This document shows, one piece after another, positions 10,553 to 22,573 of a stretch of 64,000 nucleotides of DNA. This stretch comes from Amoebidium appalachense. Taxonomy: Eukaryota > Protista > Ichthyosporea. The notes beneath the pieces are model-generated. The model was given only the letters and a program-made list of their open reading frames with translations, was not told where the DNA came from and ran no database searches. Position 1 is the first letter of the stretch. Every line of letters begins with the position of its first letter. The DNA is taken from NCBI GenBank assembly GCA_963693365.1, contig CAVNZM010000009.1, positions 10,172,243-10,236,242 of the forward strand, in the 5' to 3' direction. Position numbers and translations under genes: made by a program.

Positions 10553-13500
10553 ATGTTCAGAGAGAGCCAGGAAGAGTTTGAAGATGACCTGTTGCGGGCA
10601 CTGGATGCCGACCCACAGCAGGTCCTGCAAGCCCACCCGTTTCTACAGGCCATGTTGGCCCCACCACCCCCACCCCCACCCCTCCCCGGCCTCCCCCCCG
10701 CCCCCGCCCCCATCAACCACCCCGATGACCCCCAGATCATCGCCATGCCCGCCGAGGGCAACTGGCGGCTGCGTTCCCGTGTCGATGACATGCAGGCACG
10801 GGGACTGGGTGTACGCGGCCACACCCTCGAGTACCAACCCCTGCGCACCCTTGACGTCACCGAGTTCCCCCAGTTCTTTGCTGCCATGCTGTTCGATGCC
10901 ATTGCCCGTGCAGATGTGCAGGTGGGGGACATGCTGATTGTGCGTATCATCAGCCTGCACGTGCAGGCCAACGGTGTGGACAACCAGGTGGGGGATGACG
11001 GCAACCCCAATGCCGATGTGACCAACCGTCGTGTGTTTACAGCCGGCCCCATGGACGTGTTCAATGGTGATGTCAACGCCGTGGTGCTCAAGCTGATGGA
11101 GAACATACGTCAACGTACCCAGAGAGCAGCCGAGACCTTCATGGACGGCCGATCCAGCGTGCATCTGACAGTGGCCCGGCCCAAGGACATGGTGAGGAGG
11201 GGGGCCTGCGGCACCCTGTCCACCACCATGGGGGTGAATGCACGGTGGCTGCAGGATCTGGTGGAGGCCATGGCCGTGGTGGATGTGACCGCCCTGGTGC
11301 AGGATGCCTGCACCACCGACGACCCACAGGTGACCGGGGAGACCTGCCTGGACCATCGGCAGCTTCACGGCTTTGCCTACGGCCCCAACTGTGCCCAGCT
11401 GTGCCTGGTGTACTGCATGGTGATGTGGCTCAAGAAGGCTGCCAATGGCAACGAGCAGGCCAACCTGCCCACCGAGCACACACGCAAGGCGCTGGGCAAG
11501 GGGGGCAACCTCATGGATCGCAAGGACCACCACGTGCTGTGCCACCTGCTGACCCCGGGGGATGTGCTGGGGGTGGGCAACGTCGTCAGATCTTCCGGTT
11601 GTGGGGTGTGCAACCTGCTGATGCCCCCACCCAACTACCGTGCCTCCTTCCAGGACCGTTACCTGCGGAGACTGGTGAGGGTAACCCGTGTGCTGTGGGC
11701 CAAGTACGACCTGCCCGTGCCTGCAGAGGACGGCCTGACGGTGGATGAGCTGGGTGCAGCCGTGGATGCCCTCAACACAGCCATTGCCGAGCAGCCCGAG
11801 TCAGTCACCCGCCTGCGGTTGGTGGTGGTGGACATGGACAGCAAGGGCAGGGTGCTACGCCGGTACGGGGACCTGAGCACGGCCCTGCCCCCCTCCAAGC
11901 TGTGCACCATGTACTTGGCCCACTCCCAGAAGCTGGGGCACTTCACGGCCATCACTTCCAGTGTCAGCACCGCCGTTGAGCGCCTACGACACGACAACCA
12001 CACGGGGGAGGCACGACGGAACCTCAGCACCTGCTACTACTGCAACCAGACCGTGCAAGCCAAGAACATGGGGAAACACCACTGTGTGAACCAGTGCGAC
12101 AACTGTGGGTCAAAGGGGGACCTCAACGACCAGGCCAACGCCTGTGTGTGGACCCCCGAGCGCCGTCTGCAGCTTGCACGGGCAGGGGAGGAGGCATGGC
12201 CTTACCGTTGTGACGACTGCTGTGGTCTCTTCCCTTCGGCCAAGTGCATGGCCAACCACAGCACCAAGCTCAAGGGCTCAGGGGCAGGGGTTGGCAGAGA
12301 CCGTCAATCCTTCTGCGACAACGTGTTCTGGTGCCGGCTGGACACGTGCACCCACGGCCTGCAGGGGTACAGGGTGATGGATGCTGGGGATGGTGCCCGC
12401 CGGGTGTGTGTGTCAGGCAACCCTGCCGGCCGGTTCTTCCTCAAGTTCAAGTACGCCAGCGTGCGCCGGCTACGTCGGCTGCACACCGCCCAGGAGCAAG
12501 GGGGGTACGATGCAGGTGCAGATGCCGGCGCCAACGACGAGGGGGAGGACTGGGGCTGGGGCACGGACACGGAGGAGGACTCGGATGCCGAGGATGCCGA
12601 CTCAGACCCCCCACCCAGCCTTGCCGACTCGTCGGACGACGAAGGTGACAATGATGACAACGGCGATGGCATCGACCTCATGCAGATGTCTGAGGGGGAG
12701 GGGGATGATGGGGGTGAGCACGGAGGCAAGAAGAAGGACGACACGTGGACACAGCACCTGTGCACCGACTACGACTGCAAGGGGTGTGGGGGGTACATGC
12801 CCGGCAACCACACGTGCCTCATACGCAGCAAGCGTGACCAGCGACGTGTGTACATGTGCACGCACACGGATGCAGACGGCACGGCGTGCGACAGGGTGGC
12901 GTGCTACTCCAACGAGCATGGGCAGGGGGAGGAGGGGGAGGAGGGGGAGGGGGAGGGGGATGGGTCACCTGCACGGCAGAGGGCCAGGGTGGATGGTGCC
13001 GACGGCAGGGTGGGTGCACACGTGTGCAAACGGCACGTGCCCGACGACGATGGCAGCAGGGGGCCGTGGAAGCAGACCCGGCAACCCATCAGGGACATTG
13101 TGCTGGACTTCGAGACCATGCCCGTGCCCGCCCCCGACCACACGGCCGAAAACCCCCACTTCATCCACATCGTGTACCATGCAGTGGCCATGTACGTCGA
13201 GCCAATGGACGGCCAGCCCTCAACCCCCATCATCTTCTGGCCGGAGGACTCGGCCGATGGCAAGAACGGGTGGGATGTGCTGATGGAGGACCACCACCAC
13301 GTGATTGACAAGGTGGTGGCATGGCTGTTCGACACCCCTGCCCATGCCGGCGGCCGGGTGTACTGCCACAACGGCAGTGGCTTTGACTTCCACTTTGTGA
13401 CCAAGAGGGTGGTGGGCAGCCAGGACTACGTGTACGTGCCCATCATGGCCAACAGCAAGATCAAGTCCTGCCGTATACGCCACTACGTCAAGAATGCCGG

Positions 13501-16200
13501 TGCACCAGCAGCCCCCGTGCCCATGCGGGTGGGTGGTGATGGTGATGGTGATGGTCACGGTGATGGTGCCGATGGCCATGGCCATGGCCACGATGGCAAT
13601 GGCCACGGCCACGATGGCAATGGCCATGGTGATGGCCATGGTGATGGCCATGGTGATGTGCAGCAGGCAGCAGCAGCAGCAGGCACCGGCCGGAAGAGGA
13701 GGCACGGGGGGCAGAGGGGGGACGGCAGCCGCACGACGGTGGTGGAGCTGACGTTCGTGGACACCCTCAACTTCCTCACCATGTCGCTGTCGGACGCTGG
13801 CAAGGCCATGGGGTGCCAGGAGACGAAGGGCCACTTCCCCCACCATGCAGCCACCTTTGCCAACTTCAAGGCCGGCCACATCCCTTCCCCGGGCCCGAGG
13901 ACTTTGGGGCCCAGGACATGAAGCCCAAGCAGCATGCTGCCTTCATGCAGTGGTGGCGGGAGGAGCAGGCACGGCTGCAGGGGCAGGCACCGGCGGGCAC
14001 GTGCTACGACATTGCCCAGCAGTGCGAGGACTACTGTGTCAAGGATGTGGTGCTGCTGCAGCAGGTGGTCAAGGCCTTCATGTCGAAACTCATCGAGCTG
14101 ACGGGCATCGACCCCTTCACGTGCGTCACCCTTGCTTCCCTCGCCATGCACTTCTGGATCACGCAGGCCATGCCCAAGGACGTGGCCGTGATGCGTGACC
14201 AGACCATGGGCAACGTGAACAGCAGCAAGAAGGAGCAGGAGTACATCGACTACGTCACCCACGGCCTGGGGGTGGGGCCAGACGACGTGGCAAGGCACGT
14301 GGCCACCGGGTACGACCCCCACGGCAGGGCCACGGCCGATGCCAAGGCCACCCACGACGACGGCACGTGCACCCACTACTTCTTCCACGGGTGTGTGTTC
14401 CACGGGTGCCCCGACTGCAACAGGCACGAGGATCTGACGATGAGGGTGGTGAAGAGGCCGGCCAGGGAGGCCTACGACAGCACCATGGCCCACGAGAGGT
14501 ACATCCGTGCCCAGGGGCACAAGGTGCAGAGCATGTGGGAGTGCAGGTGGGACAGGCTGAGGCAGAGCCCCGAGGTCAAGGCTGCCCTTGCAGCACAGGC
14601 GGCACGGAGGGAGGGCACCGGCAGGGTGGCCCCCGTGCCCACGGGCCCGGTGCAGTTCCGTGATGCCTTCTTTGGTGGCCGTACGGAGGTCATCACCCGT
14701 CACATCGAGGTCAAGGAGGAGGACTGGCCGGAGGCCGGGCTCAAGTACGTCGACGTCACCTCCCTCTACCCGTACGTGATGATTGACAAGTACATGCCGG
14801 TGGGCAAGTCACAGTGGTTCACGTCACTGCCCATCAAGACGGAGGACCACCCCACGGCCATCGTCACGGATGCCCAGGTGCTGAAGGAGAGGCTCGACAA
14901 GACGTGCCGTATGACCCCCGGCTCCCCCCAGGCCAGGACCAAGGGGTACTTTGGTGTTGCACGTGTGAGGGTGCTCCCCCCCAAGGACCTGTTCATCCCC
15001 GTGCTGCCTGTGCGTATGACGGGTGCCCAGGGGTACGACAAGCTGGACTTTGTGCTGTGCCGGGCCTGCAGCAGCAAGGAGGAGGCCCGGGCCACCTGCA
15101 TGGACGAGGACGGCAACCCCAGGGTACGTGAGCACACACTGTGCACACACACGGACGAGGAGAGGGCACTGGTGGGCACGTGGACGACGGAGGAGCTGAA
15201 GGTGGCCGTGCGTGATGGGTACACCATCCTCGACGTGTACGACGTGGTGCACTTCAAGAAACGCACCAAGAACCTCTTCCGGAAGTACGTGCAGACGTTC
15301 CTGAAGGTGAAGCTCACCAGCACCACCGTAGATCCGGCCGACATCCCCGCCCTCGTGCACCTGTTCAAGGAACACTACGGCATCACGGTGGCCGCCCACG
15401 AGTTCGAGCCCAACCCGGCCCTGCGTACCATCAGCAAGCTGTTTCTGAACAGCCTCTGGGGCAAGCTGGTGCAGAGGGCAGGGCTGGACACCATCGAGTT
15501 TGTCGACAACGTCGACAGGCTGAGGCTGCTGGTGACGAACCCCAACCTGCTGGTGCTCGACGTGGAGCCCATCGGTGAGCAGAGGGTGGCCATCAAGTAC
15601 CGGCCCAAGAAGGAGACGGCCCCACCCCCCTCCTACGCCAACATTGCCATCGGCACGTTCGTGACGGCCCATGCCCGGCTGCACCTCTACGGGGCCCTCC
15701 GGTCCCTCTCCCCCCAGCAGGTGGTGTACATGGACACCGACTCCATCGTCTACCACTACGACAGCAGGGTACCCCACCTCAGCCACAACATCGACTCCAC
15801 CAACGGGGACTTGCTGGGCAACTGGAAGAACGAGACGTCGACACCCATCGTCGAGTTTGTGGGGGTGGCCCCCAAGACGTATGCCTACCGCACCCAGGAC
15901 GGCAAGACCGACGTGAAGGTCAAGGGCATCACCCTGTCCCGCCGGGCGGCCGACATGGTGAACCTCCCCAGCCTGCGCATGCTGGTGCACGGCGAGCTGC
16001 CGAGTGTGAGCGTCACCAACCACCGGCTGCTGCGGGAGCCCGTGCCCGGGGTCCCCCACAACTACCACCTGGCCAGCAAGGACCAGCGCAAGACACAGTC
16101 GGGTGCGTTCGACAAGAGGGGGGTGTTCGAGGCGGCCGACGGCAGTGTACGCAGCTACCCCATCGGGTGGGCGGCACCGGAGGGGAACCTGCAGTTTTGA
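10553..16200 (+). CDS. polB: Protein-primed family B DNA polymerase (pPolB) with long N-terminal region; one -1 frameshift near 13885
   Basis: ExoI IVLDFET, ExoII HNGSGFD, KGHFPH, ExoIII YCVKDV, FFGGRTE, DVTSLYP, KLFLNSLWGK, YMDTDS, KTY, KVKGI; VSR-like insert FHGCVFHGCPDC...MWEC; ORFs 10553-13921 and 13813-16200 join. Confidence 0.95.
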
Positions 16201-16624
16201 GTGGGGGGAGGGGTAGGGGGGAGGGAGGGGGGTCAGTTAGGAGGTAGTCTAGCAGTGGAAAATTATGTGGTGTGTTTGTTAACTTAGCATTAGAAGAAAG
16301 AAAAAATGGGGTGCAGAGTGCACGGGCAGGGGGGTCACCGGCAGAAGAGGAAAAAGATGGTGTTTTTAGGCATACACCACGTGCACCGTATGCACGAGGG
16401 GAGGCAGCCAATAAATTCAGAGCTTAATGCAAAACCAAGCATGTCCAATGTGTCCTTCGGCAAAAGCAACACCAACACCGGAACCATACACGTGTACAAG
16501 GGCGGGAGGCTTGGCAAAAACAGCAGGCACCAGCACATATAAAAGGCACACACGTGTGCACAGACACGTCACTTTTTTCCAACACAAAAACAGTCAACAT
16601 CACGAATTAGGTGAACTTCGACCG

Positions 16625-16660
<36 letters not shown>

Positions 16661-16672
16661 ACACGGAAAAAA

Positions 16673-17556
16673 ATGGACGAAGACACGTTGCTAAGTATGG
16701 TGGCCAACACCACGGACCCTGAGAAGCTGCTAGACCTGTGCCCCTTCCTCTACGACATGTACTGCAACACCACCACACAGCCACGGCCACGGCCACAGAC
16801 ACAAGGGTGCTGGTGGGCATACTGCAAGGAGAGGGAGACGTGCACGGGGGAACACGACGAATACGAGCACGACGGAGGGGACCAGGAGTACGTGTACGAG
16901 GAGGGGGGAGGGAGGGGGGAGGGGGAGGGGGAGGAGGAGGAGGAGGAGGACTGGGTGTACGACGGGAGGGGGTGGGAGGGCAGCGACGGGGAGGGGAGGA
17001 AGACGTATGAGGGGTGCACGGCCTCTGGGACAGAAAGAGGTCACAGCCATACAGACACATTAACCACTTCAAGCAGCTGCTGCAGTCGGTGCAGGGCCTG
17101 AATGCGAGCATGGGTGACATGCAGGAGGGGGTGGTGGCAGCATTCAGGGGCGTGCAAGGCATAGAGAACGCCGACCAGGCAAGGAGGGTGCTGAGACAGA
17201 GCAAACTCACCCAACACTACACACGCGTGCCTTACATACTTAACAGGTTGTACGGGCACCCCCTCCCCAGGTTTACGTGCGAGCAGTTGGAGGTCTTGAC
17301 GGGCATGTTTAAGTTTTGCTTGTCGTGGCACCGGAGACACAAGGAGGACACACGGAAGAACTTTGTGGGGTACCCCTTCCTGTTGGTGAAAATGGTAGGG
17401 TTAGTGCGTGGTATGGACGCGGGAGTCATAGCCAGGCTGGTGCCCACGGTCAAAAGCAAAGTGACTAGAGTAAAGAGCGATAGGGTGTGGGCACGGCTGG
17501 AGAGGGACCTTAAAAACTACCACATGCTACTGGAACATAACATGTTCTGCCTGTAG
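16673..17556 (+). CDS. VLTF3-like (poxvirus late transcription factor 3 family) protein; frameshift in G-run at ~17011
   Basis: YRHINHFKQLL...RKNFVGYPFLLVK...KSK...DRVW matches the VLTF3-like pattern Y.R.NHF...RKNF..Y...K...KS....D..W; the upstream acidic ORF from ATG 16673 joins on adding one G. Confidence 0.75.
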
Positions 17557-17688
17557 GCGGGTAGCCAGGTGCTACCTGCTCTGCATTTAGAGACAACACT
17601 GTGCACAATAGAATGGGGTTGTGGCAGGCGTGGGGTGGTAGTGGGGGTGTGCCAGCACGTGCCCACACTACCGTCGACCCGCCCAGGT

Positions 17689-17880
17689 TTATTTGAACAC
17701 CACAGGTGCCGTACGAATGGGTCTGTTGGCGTTGACGCCGGACAGTTTTACGGTGTAGGCCAGGGGACGTTGCCGAAAGTCCCGTATGGTGGACACGTCC
17801 ATGACATTCAGGTTGTTGTTCTGTTCCGGGAAGATAAATGGCCTCTTGCGTGTGGGGGGCCCGCCGGGGTTGAGCTCCAT
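17689..17880 (-). CDS. Small hypothetical viral protein
   Basis: 63-aa ATG ORF in a tightly packed run of minus-strand genes. Confidence 0.45.
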   Translation of the reverse strand: MELNPGGPPTRKRPFIFPEQNNNLNVMDVSTIRDFRQRPLAYTVKLSGVNANRPIRTAPVVFK

Positions 17881-17922
17881 GATGATGGTGCTGCAGGCTG
17901 TTTACACTAGCACACACAATAT

Positions 17923-18144
17923 TTAAAAGTTCTGGAAGGAGCTCTGGTCGGCGGCCACGGGCCACGGTGTGTAGGTGGGGGGTCTGGGCCTCATGGTCCC
18001 CCCTGGCCCCTCGACGACGTTGCCCGGGCCGTAGAACGGGCGGGTCTGTGGTGCGGGTCGGGTGCGGTAGGGTAGGGGTACGGGGAGGGGTGCCAGCGTG
18101 TGGGGCAAAGCGTGCATGCGCATGTGCTCGGTGCTGTGTGCCAT
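17923..18144 (-). CDS. Small Pro/Arg-rich hypothetical viral protein
   Basis: 73-aa ATG ORF in tandem with its neighbours, good Kozak context. Confidence 0.45.
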   Translation of the reverse strand: MAHSTEHMRMHALPHTLAPLPVPLPYRTRPAPQTRPFYGPGNVVEGPGGTMRPRPPTYTPWPVAADQSSFQNF

Positions 18145-18175
18145 GTCTGCCGCCGCTGCTGCCTAATGACGTAGA

Positions 18176-18472
18176 TTATTTGCCGGCACCCTTCTTCCTC
18201 TTCTTCTTCTCCTTGCTGGCTGTCTTGGTGCGGTACACGCCACGGGCAGACTTAGGGACCGGGCCACCCTCGACATACCCGGCGGCATGGCTGGCCGGCA
18301 CAACCCCTGGCCTGTGCACGTGTGCACGCACGTGCGGGTGGTGTGGGTGCCTGGGCATGTCCCCCCTCCCGTAGTTGGCATGATGGTGCACGGCCGCTGC
18401 CAGCCCAGGGGTGGCTGTGGGCGAAGGGGCACCGGTGGGGGTGGGCACGGAAAACTCGGACCATGTGGCCAC
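18176..18472 (-). CDS. Small basic protein (possible core/DNA-condensing protein)
   Basis: 98 aa, His/Arg-rich, C-terminal KEKKKRKKGAGK. Confidence 0.5.
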   Translation of the reverse strand: MATWSEFSVPTPTGAPSPTATPGLAAAVHHHANYGRGDMPRHPHHPHVRAHVHRPGVVPASHAAGYVEGGPVPKSARGVYRTKTASKEKKKRKKGAGK

Positions 18473-18727
18473 GTGGGGGTGCCTGTGGGGGTGGGGTGAG
18501 CAGTAGCCGTGGCTGTTGGCGTGTACGGTAGGCGTGGTACGCCAGTGTTGTTACCTTTGGTAGCAACCTTCAGCATGTGCAGAGCTACCTTTTGGATTTT
18601 GTCCTGGTGCAGAGACTAGCGATCTTGCTAGCCTTGAGATCACAACCTAACCACTGCCGATGGTTTTGATGACGCCAGTAAAGGCGTGCTGGCTTTTTAC
18701 CCCAGCGAGAAGAGGATGAGAAAAAGA

Positions 18728-18800
18728 TGATCCCGACGGGATTTGAACCCGCGACCCCTCTATCTCCGGTCGAGTGCTCTACCAACTGAGCTACGAGATC
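18728..18800 (-). tRNA. Virus-encoded atypical tRNA-like gene (GGA anticodon on a short-variable-arm body)
   Basis: GATCTCG-TA-GCTCAGTTGGTAGAGC-A-CTCGA-CCGGAGA-TAGAG-GGGTC-GCGGGTTCAAATCCCGT-CGGGATC-A, then TTTTT; intact A and B boxes. Confidence 0.8.
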
Positions 18801-18802
18801 GG

Positions 18803-21251
18803 TTAAGATCTCGCAGGCCACCAGCCGATCATGATCTGATTCATGCGATCGGACTGGATAACGATACCATCTTCCAACACTACCCCCTTTGCTACCTTCT
18901 GGAGTTCTCCGAGGGTGTCACGGTTCCCCAACACGGCCTCTTGCAGGTTCGGGCCACCGCCACCAACACCGCCGTCAGCAATAGCCGGCTGGCCACCGTC
19001 ACCATGGTGGCCCCTTACCACGTTGCCCAGAAGCTGGCGTGCTGCCCCCATGAACACCCCCCTCACGTAGGAGGCCACGGCAGGGTGGTCCCACCCCGTC
19101 TGGTCCTCCCTCACCCGCCTTGTGAACTCCTCCGGGCTCTCCCGCCCGAGCATGTCGAGGTGTTCCCGCAACCCCTGCCAAAAGGGACTCAGCACCCCCT
19201 CCTCGTCGGGTCGGGCGGGGGACGTGGGGGGTCTCCACACGGCGGCAGCACCCCCTGTTTGCGAGACCGCCCTCTTGGTGCTTGGGTACGTCGTCACGTC
19301 ACCGTCATAGCCGATGGTTGCTGGGGTGGGGCTGGGGCTGGGGCTGGGGGTGGGCGTGGTGGTGGTGGTGGTGGGGCCGTCAATACCGAGGGGCAGGTCT
19401 GAAAGCTTCCCCCCTCGCACACGGTACTCATACAGGGCCTGCCTCGAGGCCTTGGGCTCTTCCTTCTTGAGTCCCCAAGCTACGAATTTGATGGCTTGGT
19501 ACGGGGCGAAACCCTGCAGAGCTTGATAATACTCGGGGTGTTTGTCCAACAACTCTTTCTCAAAGTCCCACATGGGCTCCTGGAACTCGTAATTGGCTGG
19601 TGCCAGAGCGTTTGCGACGTCCAAGAGCGTGACGTTGGACAAGGGTAGTTTCATTTTCCACACATCCAGCTCGTTGGTGGGCGTCGGTGTAGGTGTGACT
19701 GTGGGGTGGGCCTGGGACTCGGGCGTTGGGGGCGCAGGCACGAGGGGGAAGGCTTCGGCCCAAATTTGCAACGGCCACCCGCCAGACTTTGGCTGCCGTG
19801 GGGGTATCATGGCCGGCGGGTCGGGCCCACGGTAGGCAGGAGACTGGGGGTACGGCGTTGGTGCCGGTTGTAGTGGTGGGGGGAAGGGTATGGCCGGGGC
19901 AGTCGGCCTCCGCCGTGGCCCGTTACGACCCATGGGCAGGCCGGTACCGTTCCCTTTGGCGGGCGACTGTGGCGGGGGCTGAACCGTCTGCGGTGGGAAG
20001 GGTATGGGTGGTCCGTCCGGCTTGGCCGGCAGGTGGGGGGCCATGGGGGTCTGTGTGTTGAGCTCCGGGGGGAAGGGTACGGGGGTGGCCGGTTCCTTGG
20101 GTGCCTTCCAATACAAGGACTCTGGCGGGGTGGGCATGGTGGGACCGGTCATATGGGGTGCCAAGACCCCCACATGGAGTGGGGAGGGGCGGTTGGGGTC
20201 GTTGCCGGCCAGGGTAACCGGCCGTGGACGTGGCCAGGCACTGGTCGTTGGCTCATCGTCGTCGTCGTCGTCATCGGGAGGCGTGTGTAGAGGTTGTACC
20301 GGGGCTACGGTGGGTCCGTGGGCTACCGCAGGCTCCACAACGTCGACGTGCTTGCTTGCCACGGCCACCGGCCCGGGCAGTGACCCAGGACGGGTTGTGC
20401 TGGTCCGTGTCACCGGCAGACCGGTGCCTTTCCCTTTGCCGGGCACCCTCGACCGGTCCGGCTTGGACGTCGGGAGGGGTCGGCCCGTCAAGGGGGGAAA
20501 GGGTATGGGTGGGCCGTTGGGCTTGGCCGGCAGGTGGGGTGCCGTGGGGGTCTGTGGGTCAAGCTCTGGGGGGAAGGCCACGGGGACACGGGGCGGGGGA
20601 GGCACCTCCCATTTCAGGGACTCTGGCGGGGTGGGCATGGTGGGGCCGGCCACATGGGGCGCCAGGGGCCCGAAGGAGGGTGCGGGCTCGTTATGGGGCC
20701 GGCGGCGTGGTGCGTTTGGGGCAGGGGTTTTGGGCGGTGGAGGTGGCTTGGGAGGTGGGGGGTACGGTATGGCCGGAGCCCGGCCCGGGGGTGTGGCCGG
20801 GACAGGTGGGGGGAGGGGGTGGGGTCGGCAGGGGGGCCACGTCGGGCAAGGGGGGCGGAGGTGCCCTAGGTCTGTTCCACACGTACGTGCTACCGTACTT
20901 GTCACCCAAGTGCTCATAGCCAGGGTGGTAGGCTACGTCTACCTTCACCACCTCCGGCAACCGACCACCCCACCGCTCCAGTGGCTGGTTGGGGTCCAGA
21001 TGTGTGTGGGCCTTCTTGAAAAATGCCTCAACCCCACCCCTGACCAACGCCTTGTAGCTATGTCGGAGTAGTGAAAGTTTGGGAGTCCCAAAGTACCCAA
21101 CGGTGGTCTCCCGCCACTTGCCTGAATGCACGTCTTCCGGGTACTGGTACTTGACAGTGTACCTGCCCAAGGGCCAAACCCTACTCGTCTCAGAGTCCAA
21201 GTCATCAGCATGCCCATGAGGCTGCTGCACGTTGGGGGACATGGTGGACAC
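18803..21251 (-). CDS. Large proline-rich viral protein (~815 aa); +1 frameshift in C-run at ~20810
   Basis: ORFs 20691-21251 and 18803-20917 join by removing one C; contains a duplicated ~57-aa Pro-rich module and a globular-looking C-terminus. Confidence 0.65.
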
Positions 21252-21275
21252 GGTGTTGTTGTAAACTGGTGTTTA

Positions 21276-21653
21276 TTATTTCGCAGCGTACTGCGCCATG
21301 GGTTGCCGGGCAAAGCTGCCCTGGGGGTCACTGCTGTGCCCCACCCTCACGGGCGTAAAGTCGACATAGTAGGACTTGCTGTTGAGGGGGAGCCCCCTGC
21401 TGCCCAGACCGCTCCTGCCGGGCATGGAGGGCACGTGGTTGTCGGTGGGCAGGTTGTTGAAGGTCGGCAGCCGGCTGAAGGGCACACCGTAAACGCCGGC
21501 CTGGAAGGTGGCGTCCGTGTGCCGTGCCCGGTAGGGGGCCGCGTAGTCAGCCTCGTACTCGGCCTCGGGTGCCAGCTTGTAGCCGTACACGGCCGCCTGC
21601 GTGGGTGTGGGCGCCAGTGGAATACCGTTGACGTTGGCCATGGCCGCGTTCAT
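21276..21653 (-). CDS. Hypothetical viral protein downstream of MCP
   Basis: ATG at 21653, ~125 aa, codon usage like the other viral genes. Confidence 0.55.
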   Translation of the reverse strand: MNAAMANVNGIPLAPTPTQAAVYGYKLAPEAEYEADYAAPYRARHTDATFQAGVYGVPFSRLPTFNNLPTDNHVPSMPGRSGLGSRGLPLNSKSYYVDFTPVRVGHSSDPQGSFARQPMAQYAAK

Positions 21654-21692
21654 ACTTGCTAGGTGGCCCACACAATTTGCACCTTTGAGTTA

Positions 21693-22573
21693 TTAAGCCT
21701 CCACCGTCACCTCACGGGCACCGGACAGCACCAGCACGTTCTCGTGGTGCACGAAGGTGTCGAGGGTCAGGTCGTCCTGAACCGTGGGTTCCCCGACCCC
21801 GGCGGAGAACTTTTCCGTGTTCAGGTGCAGCAGAATGGGGGTGGCGTCGGAGCTGGTGTCGAGCCCAGAGTACAGGTCACGGTCCCTCTCGAGGTCCAGG
21901 GCGATCATGAACTGCTTGTCGGGCCAGGACGTGGAGTTGTACATGCAATCGGCCGTGACGTCACCCAAGAAGTAGAGGGCCTTAGCCAGCTCGGCCCATG
22001 CCTCGGCGCAGTTGTTCTTCGACACACGAATTTCGTCGAGGGGCTTCTGGTAGGGGCCTATCTTGATCTGGTAGCTCGTTATGTTGCTGCGTTCCGACCT
22101 AAACGACTCGTAGCCGGCCTGGGCCCACGTGTTGCCGTTACGAACGAGGGAGAGCAGGGACTTGACGTTTCTCCCCCGGAACGAAATGTGCAGGTCGGCA
22201 GGGCTGCCCCCCTTGACGTAGCTCTGGAAGTGGGTGAACGTGCTGTAGGGAATGTACACGTTCTTCTCCATCAAGGCCTTTTCGAAGCCGGCCGTGTAGA
22301 CGGCGTTCCACTCGATGATTTCGCAGTGGAGGACGGGGTTGATGATCTCGTAGGCGACGTCCTTGAGCCAATTCTCGTTCTCGGTGGGCACGTACAACAC
22401 TTGGTTTGCCTCACCCAACGACAGCTCGATCTGCACCTCCCCCATGTACGACAGCGGGAGGTACCGGCCGGACCGCATGAGGCCGAGCTTGAGCTGGTGA
22501 ATGTAGGTGAAACCGTCGGTGGCGTCGATTTGGGCCTGGATGTTGGCCTGGTGGGGAGGCCACTTGGCGGCGC
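21693..22573 (-). pseudogene. Major capsid protein (double jelly-roll, PLV/Polinton type), 5'-truncated by LTR insertion plus deletion
   Basis: RYLPLSYMGEVQIELSL, YEIINPVLHCEII, IPYSTF, SYQIKIG, FMIALDLE..SGLDT and TFVHHENVLVL resemble PLV MCP strands; N-terminal part replaced by LTR sequence. Confidence 0.75.

Noticed and set aside
10643-16068. Long antisense and alternate-frame ORFs over pPolB (300-414 aa)
   Set aside because: Shadow ORFs caused by high GC3 codon usage; no motifs
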